Shown piece after piece: positions 29,591-40,102 of a stretch of 64,000 bases of DNA. Source of the DNA: a virus. A program made the translations under genes and the position numbers. The stretch lies in IMG/VR virus record IMGVR_UViG_3300047322_000252, positions 54,221-118,220 of that record. One strand, 5' to 3'. Every line of letters starts with the position of its first letter. Position 1 is the stretch's first letter. Below the pieces are notes generated by a model, which saw nothing but the letters and a program-made list of their open reading frames with translations, was not told the DNA's origin and ran no database searches.

Positions 29591-30018
29591 CCGCCCTCGT
29601 GCTCATCCCCGCTCATACTCCCGGCCTTCCCGAGGACGCCCACCTCACCCTGGTGTGGCCTGGGGAGAAGCCTGGCACCGACGTGTTGTCAGCACTCGCC
29701 ATCATCGGGGCCAACTTCTCCCGTACCACCCTCGCCTTCGGGGCCAAGGTGATCGGCGCTGCCTTCTTCGGGGAGAAGCGCAACGAGCCGGTCCTGTTGT
29801 CTGAACTGACCTCCGAACTGGCGCTCATGCGAGCCGCCGTCCAGCAGTACAGCCAGTCCGAGCACACCGAGTTCCGCCCTCACGTGGCTGTCCCTGGTCT
29901 GACACCGAAGATGCTCAACGTGAAGACCCGGCCACGCCTCCTGTACTTCAACCAGTTGGCCTTGTGGCCTGCCAGCCAGGGGTCCGCAGGGGCCGTGACC
30001 TGGTGGTTGGGGTCCTGA
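29587..30018 (+). CDS. 2H phosphoesterase (2'-5' RNA ligase/Acb1-like fold)
   Basis: HLTL and F.PHVA motifs about 78 aa apart; GTGA start. Confidence 0.7.
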   Translation: MTALVLIPAHTPGLPEDAHLTLVWPGEKPGTDVLSALAIIGANFSRTTLAFGAKVIGAAFFGEKRNEPVLLSELTSELALMRAAVQQYSQSEHTEFRPHVAVPGLTPKMLNVKTRPRLLYFNQLALWPASQGSAGAVTWWLGS

Positions 30019-30419
30019 TGGTCAATCGATCGAAGAAGACGGGAACCGAGCACGAGTCCAAGAGCGTCATCTGGTTGAAGCGCAACGGGTGGCCCTACGC
30101 CCGGCGCATCACCATGAAGGGGCAGCGAGACGAGGGAGACATCGACCTGGGCAACGGCATCCCGGTGATGATCGAGGCCAAGAACGAGAAGACGATCAGC
30201 CTGGCTCAGTACATCAAGGAGATGGACGCTCAGATCGTCAACGCCGACGCCGAGACGGGCTTCGTCATCATCAAGCGTAGGGGAACCACGGACGTGGGGA
30301 AGTACTACGCTCTGACAACTGTCGAACATGCGAACGACCTGCTACGGAGAGTGTACAAGGTTCGGAAACGTCGGCTGATCCGTACGACCCATTCCGATCC
30401 GTCCTCCAACGGCGCATGA
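30018..30419 (+). CDS. Holliday junction resolvase (PD-(D/E)XK)
   Basis: N.SK..GT..E, D.GDI, IEAKN, KRRG. Confidence 0.8.
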   Translation: MVNRSKKTGTEHESKSVIWLKRNGWPYARRITMKGQRDEGDIDLGNGIPVMIEAKNEKTISLAQYIKEMDAQIVNADAETGFVIIKRRGTTDVGKYYALTTVEHANDLLRRVYKVRKRRLIRTTHSDPSSNGA

Positions 30420-30426
30420 TGGAGGC

Positions 30427-30717
30427 ATGGCAAGGAGCAGCTACGAGATCCTGGATAGGTACGAACTTCCGTGCCCAGCGTGCCAGGGCATCGGTTGCGT
30501 GAACTGCCGTAATGGTTCCGTCCCGGTGTACACCCTGGTCAGCGGCCGATCGAAGGTGCGTTGCAACGCTTTCGGCCACGTCATGTTGGGCAAGACCGAA
30601 CGACCCACGAACGCAAGGGACCTACCCCAGGTCGCCTGGTGCAGCCGCTGCCAATGGCAGCAGGTTCACACGGACGTCCCCGAGGCTTATGATCTGGAGG
30701 CCGAACACACCGCCTAG
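30427..30717 (+). CDS. Cys-rich Zn-finger hypothetical protein
   Basis: CPACQGIGCVNC...C...GH...CSRC. Confidence 0.55.
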   Translation: MARSSYEILDRYELPCPACQGIGCVNCRNGSVPVYTLVSGRSKVRCNAFGHVMLGKTERPTNARDLPQVAWCSRCQWQQVHTDVPEAYDLEAEHTA

Positions 30718-30726
30718 GAGGTCGCC

Positions 30727-31311
30727 ATGGACCTGACCACCATCACCGTTCCCGAGGACGTAGCCGAAGAGCGAGTCCGAGAGTACGAGGTGGCGGTCAG
30801 GGAACGGCGAGACGCCGAGGACCAAGCCATCCTCTCGGCGTACAAGGCGGCGGCTCGTGGCCTCCCGATCATCATGCTCCCGCAGGTGATCAAGGCCGGG
30901 GGCTTCTTCTCCGATGACCACCCGGTGTGCCCCCGACTCCCGAAGCTCGCCATCGCCCGAGCCGACGCCCGCACCTGCTGGGTGGACAGCCGCTCGAACG
31001 AGATCGTCTACCGGGACAGCAACCGGGTGCAGAACCGGGGCGCTCTCGTCGCCCCGCACTCGGTGTCAGTGTCAGTGCCCGGGAATCGCTGGTGGCGCTC
31101 CGCTCAGACCATCGTGCCCCACGTCCCGCCCCGGCACCGGCCCAAGCGAGGCCGCATCGGCAGCTTCCACGTCCTGTGGGAGGTCGAGGAGTGGACCAAC
31201 GTGGCGCCCATCGACCCGGCGCTGCTGCGCCACATCCGGGGCGACCTGTGGAGCGTGCTCGCTGTGTGGGACCTGACGGACCTGGAGCGGGCTGTACTCT
31301 CGGCCCGATGA
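30727..31311 (+). CDS. Hypothetical phage protein
   Basis: AGGAGG RBS; P.VPP..RP, LWEVE.W, DP.LL, WDLT.LERAVL. Confidence 0.7.
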   Translation: MDLTTITVPEDVAEERVREYEVAVRERRDAEDQAILSAYKAAARGLPIIMLPQVIKAGGFFSDDHPVCPRLPKLAIARADARTCWVDSRSNEIVYRDSNRVQNRGALVAPHSVSVSVPGNRWWRSAQTIVPHVPPRHRPKRGRIGSFHVLWEVEEWTNVAPIDPALLRHIRGDLWSVLAVWDLTDLERAVLSAR

Positions 31312-31613
31312 TCCGTGTCGAGTCTCGTGGTTCGATATGGCTGATCGACCAGGACCTGGGTCGGTACATGCGACTCCCGAAGCACGAGATACCACGAGAT
31401 CCAGAGTGGTCGCTTGGCTGGCTGTCCGACCTGGAGTGGCATCCCTTCGAGTCGTGGTGGATCACCACCGAGAGCTTCGGCGCCAAAGACGACAACGGGA
31501 CGCTCTTCCTGTACGCACCGCCCACGCTCGTGATCCGACCGTCCGACTCCCGTCGCAAGGTGTACGCCCCGGACGCCTACATCCAGAACCATGATGTGAC
31601 AGCAACACCGTAG
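31308..31613 (+). CDS. Hypothetical protein
   Basis: ATGA overlap. Confidence 0.5.
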   Translation: MIRVESRGSIWLIDQDLGRYMRLPKHEIPRDPEWSLGWLSDLEWHPFESWWITTESFGAKDDNGTLFLYAPPTLVIRPSDSRRKVYAPDAYIQNHDVTATP

Positions 31614-31640
31614 GTCCCTGGCGCTGTACGCTGCGCCAAC

Positions 31641-32606
31641 ATGGCCAGCAGCGACACCGCCCTCGCCGCCTACGGCGGCGTCTATCGTGCTGTCTGCCTG
31701 GAGATGTTGGAGGACCGGGCCAGGGTCCAGGTCCCTCAGTTGTTCGCCGCCGAGGACGTGGTGGTCTATGAGTTCGCCGGGCCTCGCCCGGTGGCGGGGG
31801 ACAGCGGCTGGGTCTTCTTCGAGTCCGAACTGGCCGAGCGCCCGGTGTGGGCAGGGTCGGAGTCCTCGGGTGGCGGCACCAGCGCTGCCTCTTGGCCCCC
31901 GTACAAGGTGGTCACCCAGGAGGTGTCGATCGAGAGCGGCACCACCGGCATCACCGACCTGGTGGTGCTCGACGGCAGCTACGAGGTCGCCTTCGACGGT
32001 TGGATCGAGGCCATCGTCTCCGGGGGCTACGGTGGGCACTCTCCCACCAGTGTGAACGTGCGCCAGGGTGTGTACGCCCCCGGCTACATGGACCCCACCG
32101 GCAACGATTGGATCGCCTTCGGCTACATGGCCAGCCCGGGGCCGAACCAGTGGGAGTCCATCGGGGACTGCCTGCTCAGCGTGCCGGTGATCAAGGGCCA
32201 GACACCCACCCTCCGCTGGCGGGGCAACTGGTCACCGGGCACCGTGCCGTGCTCGTTCCGCAGCGGTGTCTCGGTCAAGTTCTATTCGGGGGCGGGGGAG
32301 TCGGGCACGCTCAGTCTGGTCGGTCCGACTGGAGCGACTGGGCCGCAGGGACCAGAGGGTCCTCCTGGTCCTACCGGCCCGCAGGGGCCAGGCGGTGCCG
32401 GTGCTCAGACGCTGGCGTATCGGCACGTTCAGCCCACGGCCTCGGCGGTGTGGACGATCACCCACGGCCTCTCCTTCTACCCCAACATCTCTGTCGTGGA
32501 TTCCAGTGGCCGGGAGGTGGTCCCCGGTGCGATCGACTACGTGAGCAGCGCCACCGTCCAACTGACCTTCTCGGCTGCCTTCGGCGGCGAGGCGTACCTG
32601 AGTTAG
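31641..32606 (+). CDS. Baseplate spike-type protein (gp5/gpV N-terminal OB fold) fused to collagen repeats and a fibre-type C-terminal domain
   Basis: YGGVYRAV...RARVQVP...P..GD.GWVFFE....RPVW.G; (G-X-Y)n GPTGATGPQGPEGPPGPTGPQGPG. Confidence 0.7.
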   Translation: MASSDTALAAYGGVYRAVCLEMLEDRARVQVPQLFAAEDVVVYEFAGPRPVAGDSGWVFFESELAERPVWAGSESSGGGTSAASWPPYKVVTQEVSIESGTTGITDLVVLDGSYEVAFDGWIEAIVSGGYGGHSPTSVNVRQGVYAPGYMDPTGNDWIAFGYMASPGPNQWESIGDCLLSVPVIKGQTPTLRWRGNWSPGTVPCSFRSGVSVKFYSGAGESGTLSLVGPTGATGPQGPEGPPGPTGPQGPGGAGAQTLAYRHVQPTASAVWTITHGLSFYPNISVVDSSGREVVPGAIDYVSSATVQLTFSAAFGGEAYLS

Positions 32607-32615
32607 GGGACCCCC

Positions 32616-34373
32616 ATGCCCACCTTCTACGGAGCCATCAACCTCTCCAAGAACGAGCTACAGAACGCCGTCGTCCAGAACCTGGGCACGGCGCCATCGT
32701 CGCCGGTCAAGGGCCAGGTCTACTTCGACTCCACCGCCAACATCCTGTACTGGTACAACGGCTCGCAGTGGGTCGCCGCCCAGGGTGGAGCGGGTGCTGT
32801 CCCAGCGGACACGACCACCACGTTGGCGGTGGGTGGTGCGGCAGCGCCAGGTGCGAGCGCTCTCTACTCCCGAGGGGACCACGCTCATGGCATGCCCTCC
32901 TTTGGAGCGGCTACTGCGGACACTGCCTTCGGCACAGCCAAGAGCGACGGTGTTGCGACAACAATAGCTCGCTCTGATCACACGCACGGCAACCCGGCGC
33001 TGGGTACGACACCTTCCACTGCCGCTATCGGTGACGCAGCAGCCGGGGGAGTCGCTACCGATGCGGCCAAGACGGACCACAAGCATGGGATGCCTGCTTT
33101 CGGGGCCATCTCCGGGGAGTCCACCTTCGGTGCCGCTGCATCCAACGGGTCGGCAGCCACCATCGCCCGGTCGGACCACCTTCACGGCAACCCGACCCAC
33201 GTCGCTGCGGATCACGCCACCATCCCCATCTCAGCGTTGGCGGCGCCCACGGCTGATGTGAACTGGGGCGCCTTCAAGATCACCAACCTCAACTCGCCCA
33301 CTGGGAGCAACGACGCCGCCAACAAGGGCTACGTGGATGGCCTCGTCAACGGGCTGTCGTGGAAGGACGCTGCGAGGGCAGCAACCACTGCCAACATCGC
33401 TCTCACCGGAACGCAGACGATCGATGGTGTGGCCTGCATCGTCGGTGATCGGGTGCTGGTCAAGAATCAGACGACGGCCAGCGGCAACGGTGTCTACTTC
33501 GTCGCTTCCGGCGCCTGGGGACGAACCACTGACACGCAGTTCGGCACCGACATCGTAGGCATGGCGATCTACATCGGTGAGGGTACGACGCAGGCCGACA
33601 CGACCTGGACGTTGACGACGGACGCCCCGATCTCGATCGGTACGACGAGTCTGGCGTTCGCACAGACGGGCGGTCCAGGGGCGATCACTGCTGGCGCCGG
33701 TATGACGCAGGTGGGCAACACGCTCAACGTCATCGCCGGGGACACCACCCTGACCGTCGCCGCCGACGACGTGCGGGTGAACACGGCGGTCATCGCCACG
33801 GTGGCCTCGGTAACGGCGGGTGATGCCGCCAACGTACCGAACACCCGGCAGGTCATCGCTGGTGCGGGCCTGACTGGTGGTGGTGCGCTCTCGGCTGACG
33901 CCACCCTCAACGTGGTCGCTGGGGACACCAGCCTCACGGTCGCTGCCGACTCGGTTGTTGTCAACACAGGAGTCATCGCTCCGACCAGTCGCCTCATCAA
34001 CACCACGGCTCCGATCACTGGCGGCGGCAACCTCACGGCCGACCGGACGATCGCCATCACCAGCTTCGCCGGGAGCACTCCGGGAGCAGTGCCCAACTCA
34101 CCAGGAGGCACGACCACCTTCCTGCGAGCGGACGGCACCTGGTCGGCACCAGCAGGAGGTGTCGGCAAGTACGCTGCCGCTCTCACCGGCACGGCCAGTC
34201 CCGAGGTGGTGACCCACAACCTGAACACCAGGGATGTGCAGGTGCAGGTGCTCAACGGGGCCAGTCCTTACACCGCCGTGGTGGTGGACTGGGATGCGAC
34301 AACAGTGAACACGATCACCATCCGCTACAACCCGAACCTCGGAGCCGGGTATCGAGTGGTGGTGGTGGGCTGA
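32616..34373 (+). CDS. Tail fibre protein
   Basis: Four R.DH.HG repeats; DAANKGYVD; DRVLVKNQT....NG.Y; AGAGLTGGG. Confidence 0.8.
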   Translation: MPTFYGAINLSKNELQNAVVQNLGTAPSSPVKGQVYFDSTANILYWYNGSQWVAAQGGAGAVPADTTTTLAVGGAAAPGASALYSRGDHAHGMPSFGAATADTAFGTAKSDGVATTIARSDHTHGNPALGTTPSTAAIGDAAAGGVATDAAKTDHKHGMPAFGAISGESTFGAAASNGSAATIARSDHLHGNPTHVAADHATIPISALAAPTADVNWGAFKITNLNSPTGSNDAANKGYVDGLVNGLSWKDAARAATTANIALTGTQTIDGVACIVGDRVLVKNQTTASGNGVYFVASGAWGRTTDTQFGTDIVGMAIYIGEGTTQADTTWTLTTDAPISIGTTSLAFAQTGGPGAITAGAGMTQVGNTLNVIAGDTTLTVAADDVRVNTAVIATVASVTAGDAANVPNTRQVIAGAGLTGGGALSADATLNVVAGDTSLTVAADSVVVNTGVIAPTSRLINTTAPITGGGNLTADRTIAITSFAGSTPGAVPNSPGGTTTFLRADGTWSAPAGGVGKYAAALTGTASPEVVTHNLNTRDVQVQVLNGASPYTAVVVDWDATTVNTITIRYNPNLGAGYRVVVVG

Positions 34374-36565
34374 TGCCGAGGTCCTTCGGCGTCACCAACG
34401 CAGCGCCCTACGCCAGCGCCCCAGCGGTGGGGGCGGCAGGTGACACGTACTTCAACACCACGAACAAGACGATGTACCTGTCGGACGGCACGTCGTGGAT
34501 CGGGGTGTCGGCTGGTGCAGGTACAGGTGCGGCGTTTCTTTACGCCCAGGCCACCCAGGTTGGTACGTCGGGTGCGTCTGCGCTTCCCATCACCTGGGGC
34601 ACTGTCCTCGGGCAGTCTGGGTTCTCGTCTGGTCCTGGTGCGCTCATCAAGCCGGATGCGGCTGGTCGGTATGAGATCAGTGCTCAGATCACGCTCGTTA
34701 TGCAAAGTGCATTGACGGCTGACATTATTGCGAACCTGGAGTACTACTCTTCAACTGGCACTCTCGTATCGACTCGTCAGTTCTACGGAACCGGCGTATC
34801 CACCACCAACTACTACTCTCAGGTCAGCATCGGCGGCATCTATGACCTGGGTGTTGGTGAGTACTTCCGCATTACCGCCTACCCCATAGGGGGTGGTACG
34901 TGGACCCTTCACGGTTCGTCGTTCGTTCAGGTCGTTGCCGCCAGCGGAGCGACGGGAGCCAAGGGTGACACCGGGGCTATCGGTCCAGCGGGCACGCCCA
35001 CGCCGGATGGCTTCGTTCGTGTGGCATCGCTGACGACTGCCTCCACCGTGGCCGTCCCAGCCACCACCGTGACAGAGGTTGTGCTTCCTGGGGTGTACCA
35101 GGCACAAGGCTCGACGTACACCAACAACGGACCTAGCACCCGGTTCACGGTCCCCAACTCGGGCGTCTACGACATCAGTGCCTACATCGCTGCGGGTGCA
35201 AGCGCATGGGTTGCTGGCTCTGTTGTCATTCTGCTTGTCAACGGGACTGCCGTCGCCCGCACGCTCACCGAGGTAGCAACGGCATATGAGGGCCACACGA
35301 TCTCGATTCAGCGTTATCTCAACGCTGGTGACTACGTGAGTCTGGCGCTCTATCTGCAAGGGGCGAACTCGTACCGTGTTGAGCCGCTCAATGCCAGTAA
35401 CAACCTCGATCCAACTCCTCAGCCGTACCTCTCGGTGTGGCGAGCGGGAGCGGGCCTCCAGGGTGCGCAAGGTGTAGCTGGTACCTCAGGTAGTGCCGTG
35501 GCCGTGCCGCCGCCGTACTACTCGGCTCGCAAGAGCACGGCCACGAGCCACGTGCAGAACACGCCCACGCAGATCGTTCTCGACACGATCATCGACTCGA
35601 ACACCGGGTCGGCTGACTTCTACATCAACAACGGTGGCATCTTCATCGTGGCGTCGGGGTACTACCAGATCGTCGGGCAGGTGATGGTGGCGAGCACAGC
35701 GAACAACGCCTCCATCTCCATCGATTATTGGACCGGATCTGCGTGGATGGTGGGCGCTCAGAACAACATGGTTGCGGCTCCGGCAGGAGCTACTCCACCG
35801 CAACAGGTTGTGTGGGAGACGTGGCTGGCAGCAGGTACCACGGTTGCTCTGTTCATCTACTCGACGTCGGCGGCACTGTCCTGGCCTGTCGCAACACAGA
35901 CCGGGTTCATCCCGAACATCCCGTCGCTCTCCATCGTCAAGGCGGGCGGGGCCAAGGGTGACCCCGGTGCTGCTGGTGCTGCTGGTATCCAGGGGCCTGC
36001 TGGTACGACAACACAGGCTCTCGTAGCCCGGGGTGAGTGGACCGGCGCTGCTGCCTACAACCCCTTGGAGATCGTCACCAGGAACGGGGTGGCCTTCCTC
36101 GCCATGGCCTCGAACACCAACGTCGATCCCGGTTCGATTCCGTACGGCTCCTTCGCCGCCAGCAGTGATGCTCTGGTCGCCGCCATCGGCAAGCAACTCA
36201 CCTGGACGCCGGTCTTCCGCCAGAGTGTGACGCTCCCGCTCACTGTCAACAACGCCTGGTACTCCAGGGTGGGTGAATGGGTTGTCGGTGAGGTTGGTGT
36301 CACTCTCACTGGCGCCGGTACAGCCGGGCAGCCACTCCAGATGGATCTTCCGGTTCCGATTCGTAACTATGCGGGTGGTGCTGCTGGTCAGAACATAGGT
36401 AACGCCGTCTTCATCGGTTCAGGAGGTAACCAGTACGGCGCCGTGATGGCGATCTCGGCTACCGCTGTGCAGCTTGCTGTTGGTGGTGTCTACTGGACCG
36501 CTCAGATGGTGAGTGGTGCCTGGATCACCTTCCCCTTCATGTACCTCGCCCCGGTAGGAGTGTGA
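34373..36565 (+). CDS. Tail fibre/adhesin with C1q/TNF-like domains separated by collagen repeats
   Basis: G.Y.IS...L..G.Y..L pattern three times; GATGAKGDTGAIGPAG and similar linkers. Confidence 0.7.
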   Translation: MPRSFGVTNAAPYASAPAVGAAGDTYFNTTNKTMYLSDGTSWIGVSAGAGTGAAFLYAQATQVGTSGASALPITWGTVLGQSGFSSGPGALIKPDAAGRYEISAQITLVMQSALTADIIANLEYYSSTGTLVSTRQFYGTGVSTTNYYSQVSIGGIYDLGVGEYFRITAYPIGGGTWTLHGSSFVQVVAASGATGAKGDTGAIGPAGTPTPDGFVRVASLTTASTVAVPATTVTEVVLPGVYQAQGSTYTNNGPSTRFTVPNSGVYDISAYIAAGASAWVAGSVVILLVNGTAVARTLTEVATAYEGHTISIQRYLNAGDYVSLALYLQGANSYRVEPLNASNNLDPTPQPYLSVWRAGAGLQGAQGVAGTSGSAVAVPPPYYSARKSTATSHVQNTPTQIVLDTIIDSNTGSADFYINNGGIFIVASGYYQIVGQVMVASTANNASISIDYWTGSAWMVGAQNNMVAAPAGATPPQQVVWETWLAAGTTVALFIYSTSAALSWPVATQTGFIPNIPSLSIVKAGGAKGDPGAAGAAGIQGPAGTTTQALVARGEWTGAAAYNPLEIVTRNGVAFLAMASNTNVDPGSIPYGSFAASSDALVAAIGKQLTWTPVFRQSVTLPLTVNNAWYSRVGEWVVGEVGVTLTGAGTAGQPLQMDLPVPIRNYAGGAAGQNIGNAVFIGSGGNQYGAVMAISATAVQLAVGGVYWTAQMVSGAWITFPFMYLAPVGV

Positions 36566-36566
36566 G

Positions 36567-37055
36567 ATGCCCTGGCCGTTGACACAACCATCATCGCTGT
36601 TGGCTACTGATGTCACAGCACAGACGACCAGGCACGCCGACGACCACAACAAGACCGCCGCTCTTCTGGCTGTGCTCACACCGGGGCCGTGGATCAACGT
36701 GAATCCGGTTGGTGGCAATCTGCCTGCCTTCGCCACCGGCTGGTACAACTTCGGTGGTGGGTGGCAACTTGCCCGCATCCGTCGAGAGGGCGGTGACATA
36801 TGTCGCATCGAGGGCTTCGTGGCTGGGGTACCCGGCTCCATCCTCACGGTGCCGATCGGCTACCGCCCGGCGCAGAACATGCGGTGGGTCGGTGGGGCTG
36901 ATACGTCGGCCGGGTCCCCTGCTGCGGCGTTCTGCCGTCTCGACATACTGAGCACCGGGGTCATGCAGATGAGCCTCTGGGCTGGCGGTGGGTCGGGCAA
37001 CGTCGCAGCCATGTCCATCAACATGACGTACGCCATCGACCCCTCCCAGCTATGA
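36567..37055 (+). CDS. Tail fibre-associated protein
   Basis: I.T.P.GYRP fibre C-terminal motif. Confidence 0.55.
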   Translation: MPWPLTQPSSLLATDVTAQTTRHADDHNKTAALLAVLTPGPWINVNPVGGNLPAFATGWYNFGGGWQLARIRREGGDICRIEGFVAGVPGSILTVPIGYRPAQNMRWVGGADTSAGSPAAAFCRLDILSTGVMQMSLWAGGGSGNVAAMSINMTYAIDPSQL

Positions 37056-40000
37056 GCTTCGATCCCTCTGGTATCCCGGGCCTCACGCTGTGGCTGGACG
37101 CCTCCCGTCTCGGGCTGGTCAACGGCGCTGACGTCGTCAACTGGCCCGACCTCTCGCCGTTCAACCAGCGCTGCAACTACGAGTTCCAGCCGGGCACCAA
37201 CACCCCTCCGGTGATGCGGACCGGAGTCAACGGCCTCAACGGACGTCCGGTGGTGCGGTACACCACCCTCCAGGGGCGGCACATGTGGTGGGGCCTGCCG
37301 ATCGACCGGGAGTACACGATCATCTACGTCGGGCGTGTGTGGGACGCCACCACGGCGAACATCGGTCGGGTCGTGGCGGGGGACGGCAATCAGGTCAACA
37401 TCCTCTTCGGGTTCTGGGGCGGGAACGAGGACGCCCTCTTCGTAGGGGCGTGGCCTCTCGCTGACTTGAAGAAGGCGGCGACCACCACCTGGAAGCTGTA
37501 CTCCTTCGACGCCACTGCTGCGGCTAATCCCCGCATGTTCACCAACGGTGTCTTCCTGTACGGCAACACTGTTGCGACAACAGGGGTGCTGAACACCCTG
37601 TGCATCTCGGGCTACAGCGCCAACAACACGGCTGAGTCATCCAACTGCGAGATGGCCGAACTCATGGTGTTCAGCCGCAAGCTGTCGAACCTGGAGCGCC
37701 AGCAGGTGGAGAGCTACCTGCGCTCCAAGTGGCTGAACGCCGCCCCGACTGTGCCGGTGGCCCTCCTCCAGGATGCCTTCGCCACTGGCATCGACCGGGT
37801 CACAACTTGGCCCGCCTCCACCGGGGCGCCGAACGTCTACTACGACACCCCCAACAAGCGGGTGGGTATTGTCACAACACCGAGCTACTACTCGTTGAAG
37901 ACCCCCACCACGCTCACGTACAACCTGCTCAACTCGGGTATTTACGCCAAATGCACGCCCAGTCCTGCGGTGGCGGGCCGGGAGTTCAACTTCTCCCTCC
38001 AGAACACGGACCGCTCGTTGCTCGTCAGCTTCACCGTGTACGACACCAACCTCATCGCCTGGACCAACCCCGAGCCTGGTGGGGTGGACTGGGGGACGGC
38101 TACCTACGATCCGGTGGCCCACCAGTGGCTGCGCATGCGTGCTGACAACACCAACATCTACTGGGACGTGTCGGCCGATGGTCTGGCGTGGCATCCCTTC
38201 GCCACCGCCCCGGTCCTGCCTGCGATAGCGACCATGGGGCGTAGCTGGGACTTCAACGGCTACTCGGGCAACCACGACCGCATAGGTGTGCAGAACCAGA
38301 CGCTTACCGGCCTCGCTCCGATCAACCCCCCGGGGGGTGGCTCGTACGGGGTCGGGACGTTCTACATGAGCGACACCACCCCACCCTGGACTCCATGCGT
38401 TGCCCGGGTTGCCGACACCGGCCTCGGTGGGTTCGCTGCCACGCACGCCAATGTCACCGGCACACTGCGGCCGATGGCACCAGGCTGGACGTCGCTCAGC
38501 TTCGCCACGCCTACCAGCACGGCTCCGCAATCTTGGACAGCCACTGATGGCACCAACACGGCGTGGCGCACGAACACTGCGATCACCACCCCGCAGCTTG
38601 TGTACGGCTACACCAACACCGATGCGAGCACTCCGAACTTCCCGGTCGGCAGCATCTTTGCGATCTTCGTCAATGGTGTGGAGGTGGCTCGCACCTACGT
38701 CACCGTGGCGACCAGCGTCTTGGAGGTGCGGACCGAGATCCCGTTCGCCATCAACGATGTGTTGTCACTACGTTACTACAACCCCACTGGCAGCAACATC
38801 AACATGGTGGACAGCATCCAGGCTGGTCCGGGCACTCGTCGTCCGTACCTGCGGGTCACTGGTCGTATGGCTGAGACGGCTGGCGACTACTGGATCTGCC
38901 CCACCACCGGCACGTACAACCTGCACGCTGAGATCTGCAATGGAGCGTCCTTCGGGTTCGGTTACATGATCACGGTCAACCGCAAACCGTTGGCAAGCGT
39001 CACCATCCCCTACATCATCAGCAACACCGTCGCTGACTACTCCGTCCAAACGATGGACGCCAACAGCGTGGCGTTGACGGCGGGCGACATGGTGGGCCTC
39101 GGTGCGTTGATGAGCGACTACAACTCGGGCTGGCTCAACCGTGTTGACGGTGCTGAGGGAACCGCCAAGCCGTACCTGCGTGCCACCCGAGTCGTTCCCT
39201 CGGCCATCATCTCGAACGATTCCTGGATGGTGAACTTCTCCCAGGGTGGCCCGGCTGGCTCGCCGGACGCCTTCGTGGACCACGTCAACGTGCCTCCGGT
39301 GGACCAGTCATACTCCTACGGTGGCTATGGCGATGGCCCGTACGGCTCGCCGCCTCCGGTCTGGGAGCCGCTGCAAGGTCCGGCTGGTCCATCAGGTGAC
39401 CCGGACCTCGGCTTGTACCGCCCCGTCTCGGGCCGTTTGACCTACCCAGCGAACTGGAGTGAGTACGGCCAACCGTTCGGCAACAGCAACGTGTACCGGG
39501 ACCGACAGGGGGTGTGCCACCTCAACACTACGATCGCCGGTCCGGCCAGCTTCGCTGCTGGTTCGACCTGCTGCTACTTACCGATCGGCTTCTTCCCTCT
39601 GAATAGAGTGATGCTGCCAGGCCTCATCGGCAACCCGCAGACAGGTTGTCGGATCGACGTCAACAACACTGACGGCAGCATCCAGGTCAACTCCACTACT
39701 CCAGCGGGCGAGACTTTCGTTGCCCTTGATCTCGTGTGGTTCTCGGCGGTGCCGTACCTGGCCGTGCTCGATGGCCTCGTTGTCACATCGGTGGTCTTCC
39801 AGAGTGGGAGTAGCTACCTGGTGACGTACACAGCAGGGCACCTGGTGAACCTGGCCGGGGTTGTCACAGCAATACCAGCCGGGTCCGCCTCAGTGGTGGC
39901 GTCTGGCGTTACTTGGTTCTGCCTCATCATCACTGCGGCTGGAGGGGTAGGCCAGAGTTATGGGAACAACTCTGAGGCTTCGTCCTGCGTTGGCTACTAC

Positions 40001-40102
40001 GCCAACAGCGGCAACCCAGCGAACGGAGCGCTCCTCGCTACGTTCTCGACGGGGGCGGGAGTGAGGCCGGTCAACGACCGGAGGTGGCTGCCCTATGTCT
40101 AA
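37052..40102 (+). CDS. Large receptor-binding/minor tail protein with LamG/ConA-like and C1q-like domains
   Basis: L.LWLDAS...V..W.D.S; EL.VF.R.LS..ERQQVE.YL..KW; WLR.R....IYWD.S.DG..W. Confidence 0.7.
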   Translation: MSFDPSGIPGLTLWLDASRLGLVNGADVVNWPDLSPFNQRCNYEFQPGTNTPPVMRTGVNGLNGRPVVRYTTLQGRHMWWGLPIDREYTIIYVGRVWDATTANIGRVVAGDGNQVNILFGFWGGNEDALFVGAWPLADLKKAATTTWKLYSFDATAAANPRMFTNGVFLYGNTVATTGVLNTLCISGYSANNTAESSNCEMAELMVFSRKLSNLERQQVESYLRSKWLNAAPTVPVALLQDAFATGIDRVTTWPASTGAPNVYYDTPNKRVGIVTTPSYYSLKTPTTLTYNLLNSGIYAKCTPSPAVAGREFNFSLQNTDRSLLVSFTVYDTNLIAWTNPEPGGVDWGTATYDPVAHQWLRMRADNTNIYWDVSADGLAWHPFATAPVLPAIATMGRSWDFNGYSGNHDRIGVQNQTLTGLAPINPPGGGSYGVGTFYMSDTTPPWTPCVARVADTGLGGFAATHANVTGTLRPMAPGWTSLSFATPTSTAPQSWTATDGTNTAWRTNTAITTPQLVYGYTNTDASTPNFPVGSIFAIFVNGVEVARTYVTVATSVLEVRTEIPFAINDVLSLRYYNPTGSNINMVDSIQAGPGTRRPYLRVTGRMAETAGDYWICPTTGTYNLHAEICNGASFGFGYMITVNRKPLASVTIPYIISNTVADYSVQTMDANSVALTAGDMVGLGALMSDYNSGWLNRVDGAEGTAKPYLRATRVVPSAIISNDSWMVNFSQGGPAGSPDAFVDHVNVPPVDQSYSYGGYGDGPYGSPPPVWEPLQGPAGPSGDPDLGLYRPVSGRLTYPANWSEYGQPFGNSNVYRDRQGVCHLNTTIAGPASFAAGSTCCYLPIGFFPLNRVMLPGLIGNPQTGCRIDVNNTDGSIQVNSTTPAGETFVALDLVWFSAVPYLAVLDGLVVTSVVFQSGSSYLVTYTAGHLVNLAGVVTAIPAGSASVVASGVTWFCLIITAAGGVGQSYGNNSEASSCVGYYANSGNPANGALLATFSTGAGVRPVNDRRWLPYV

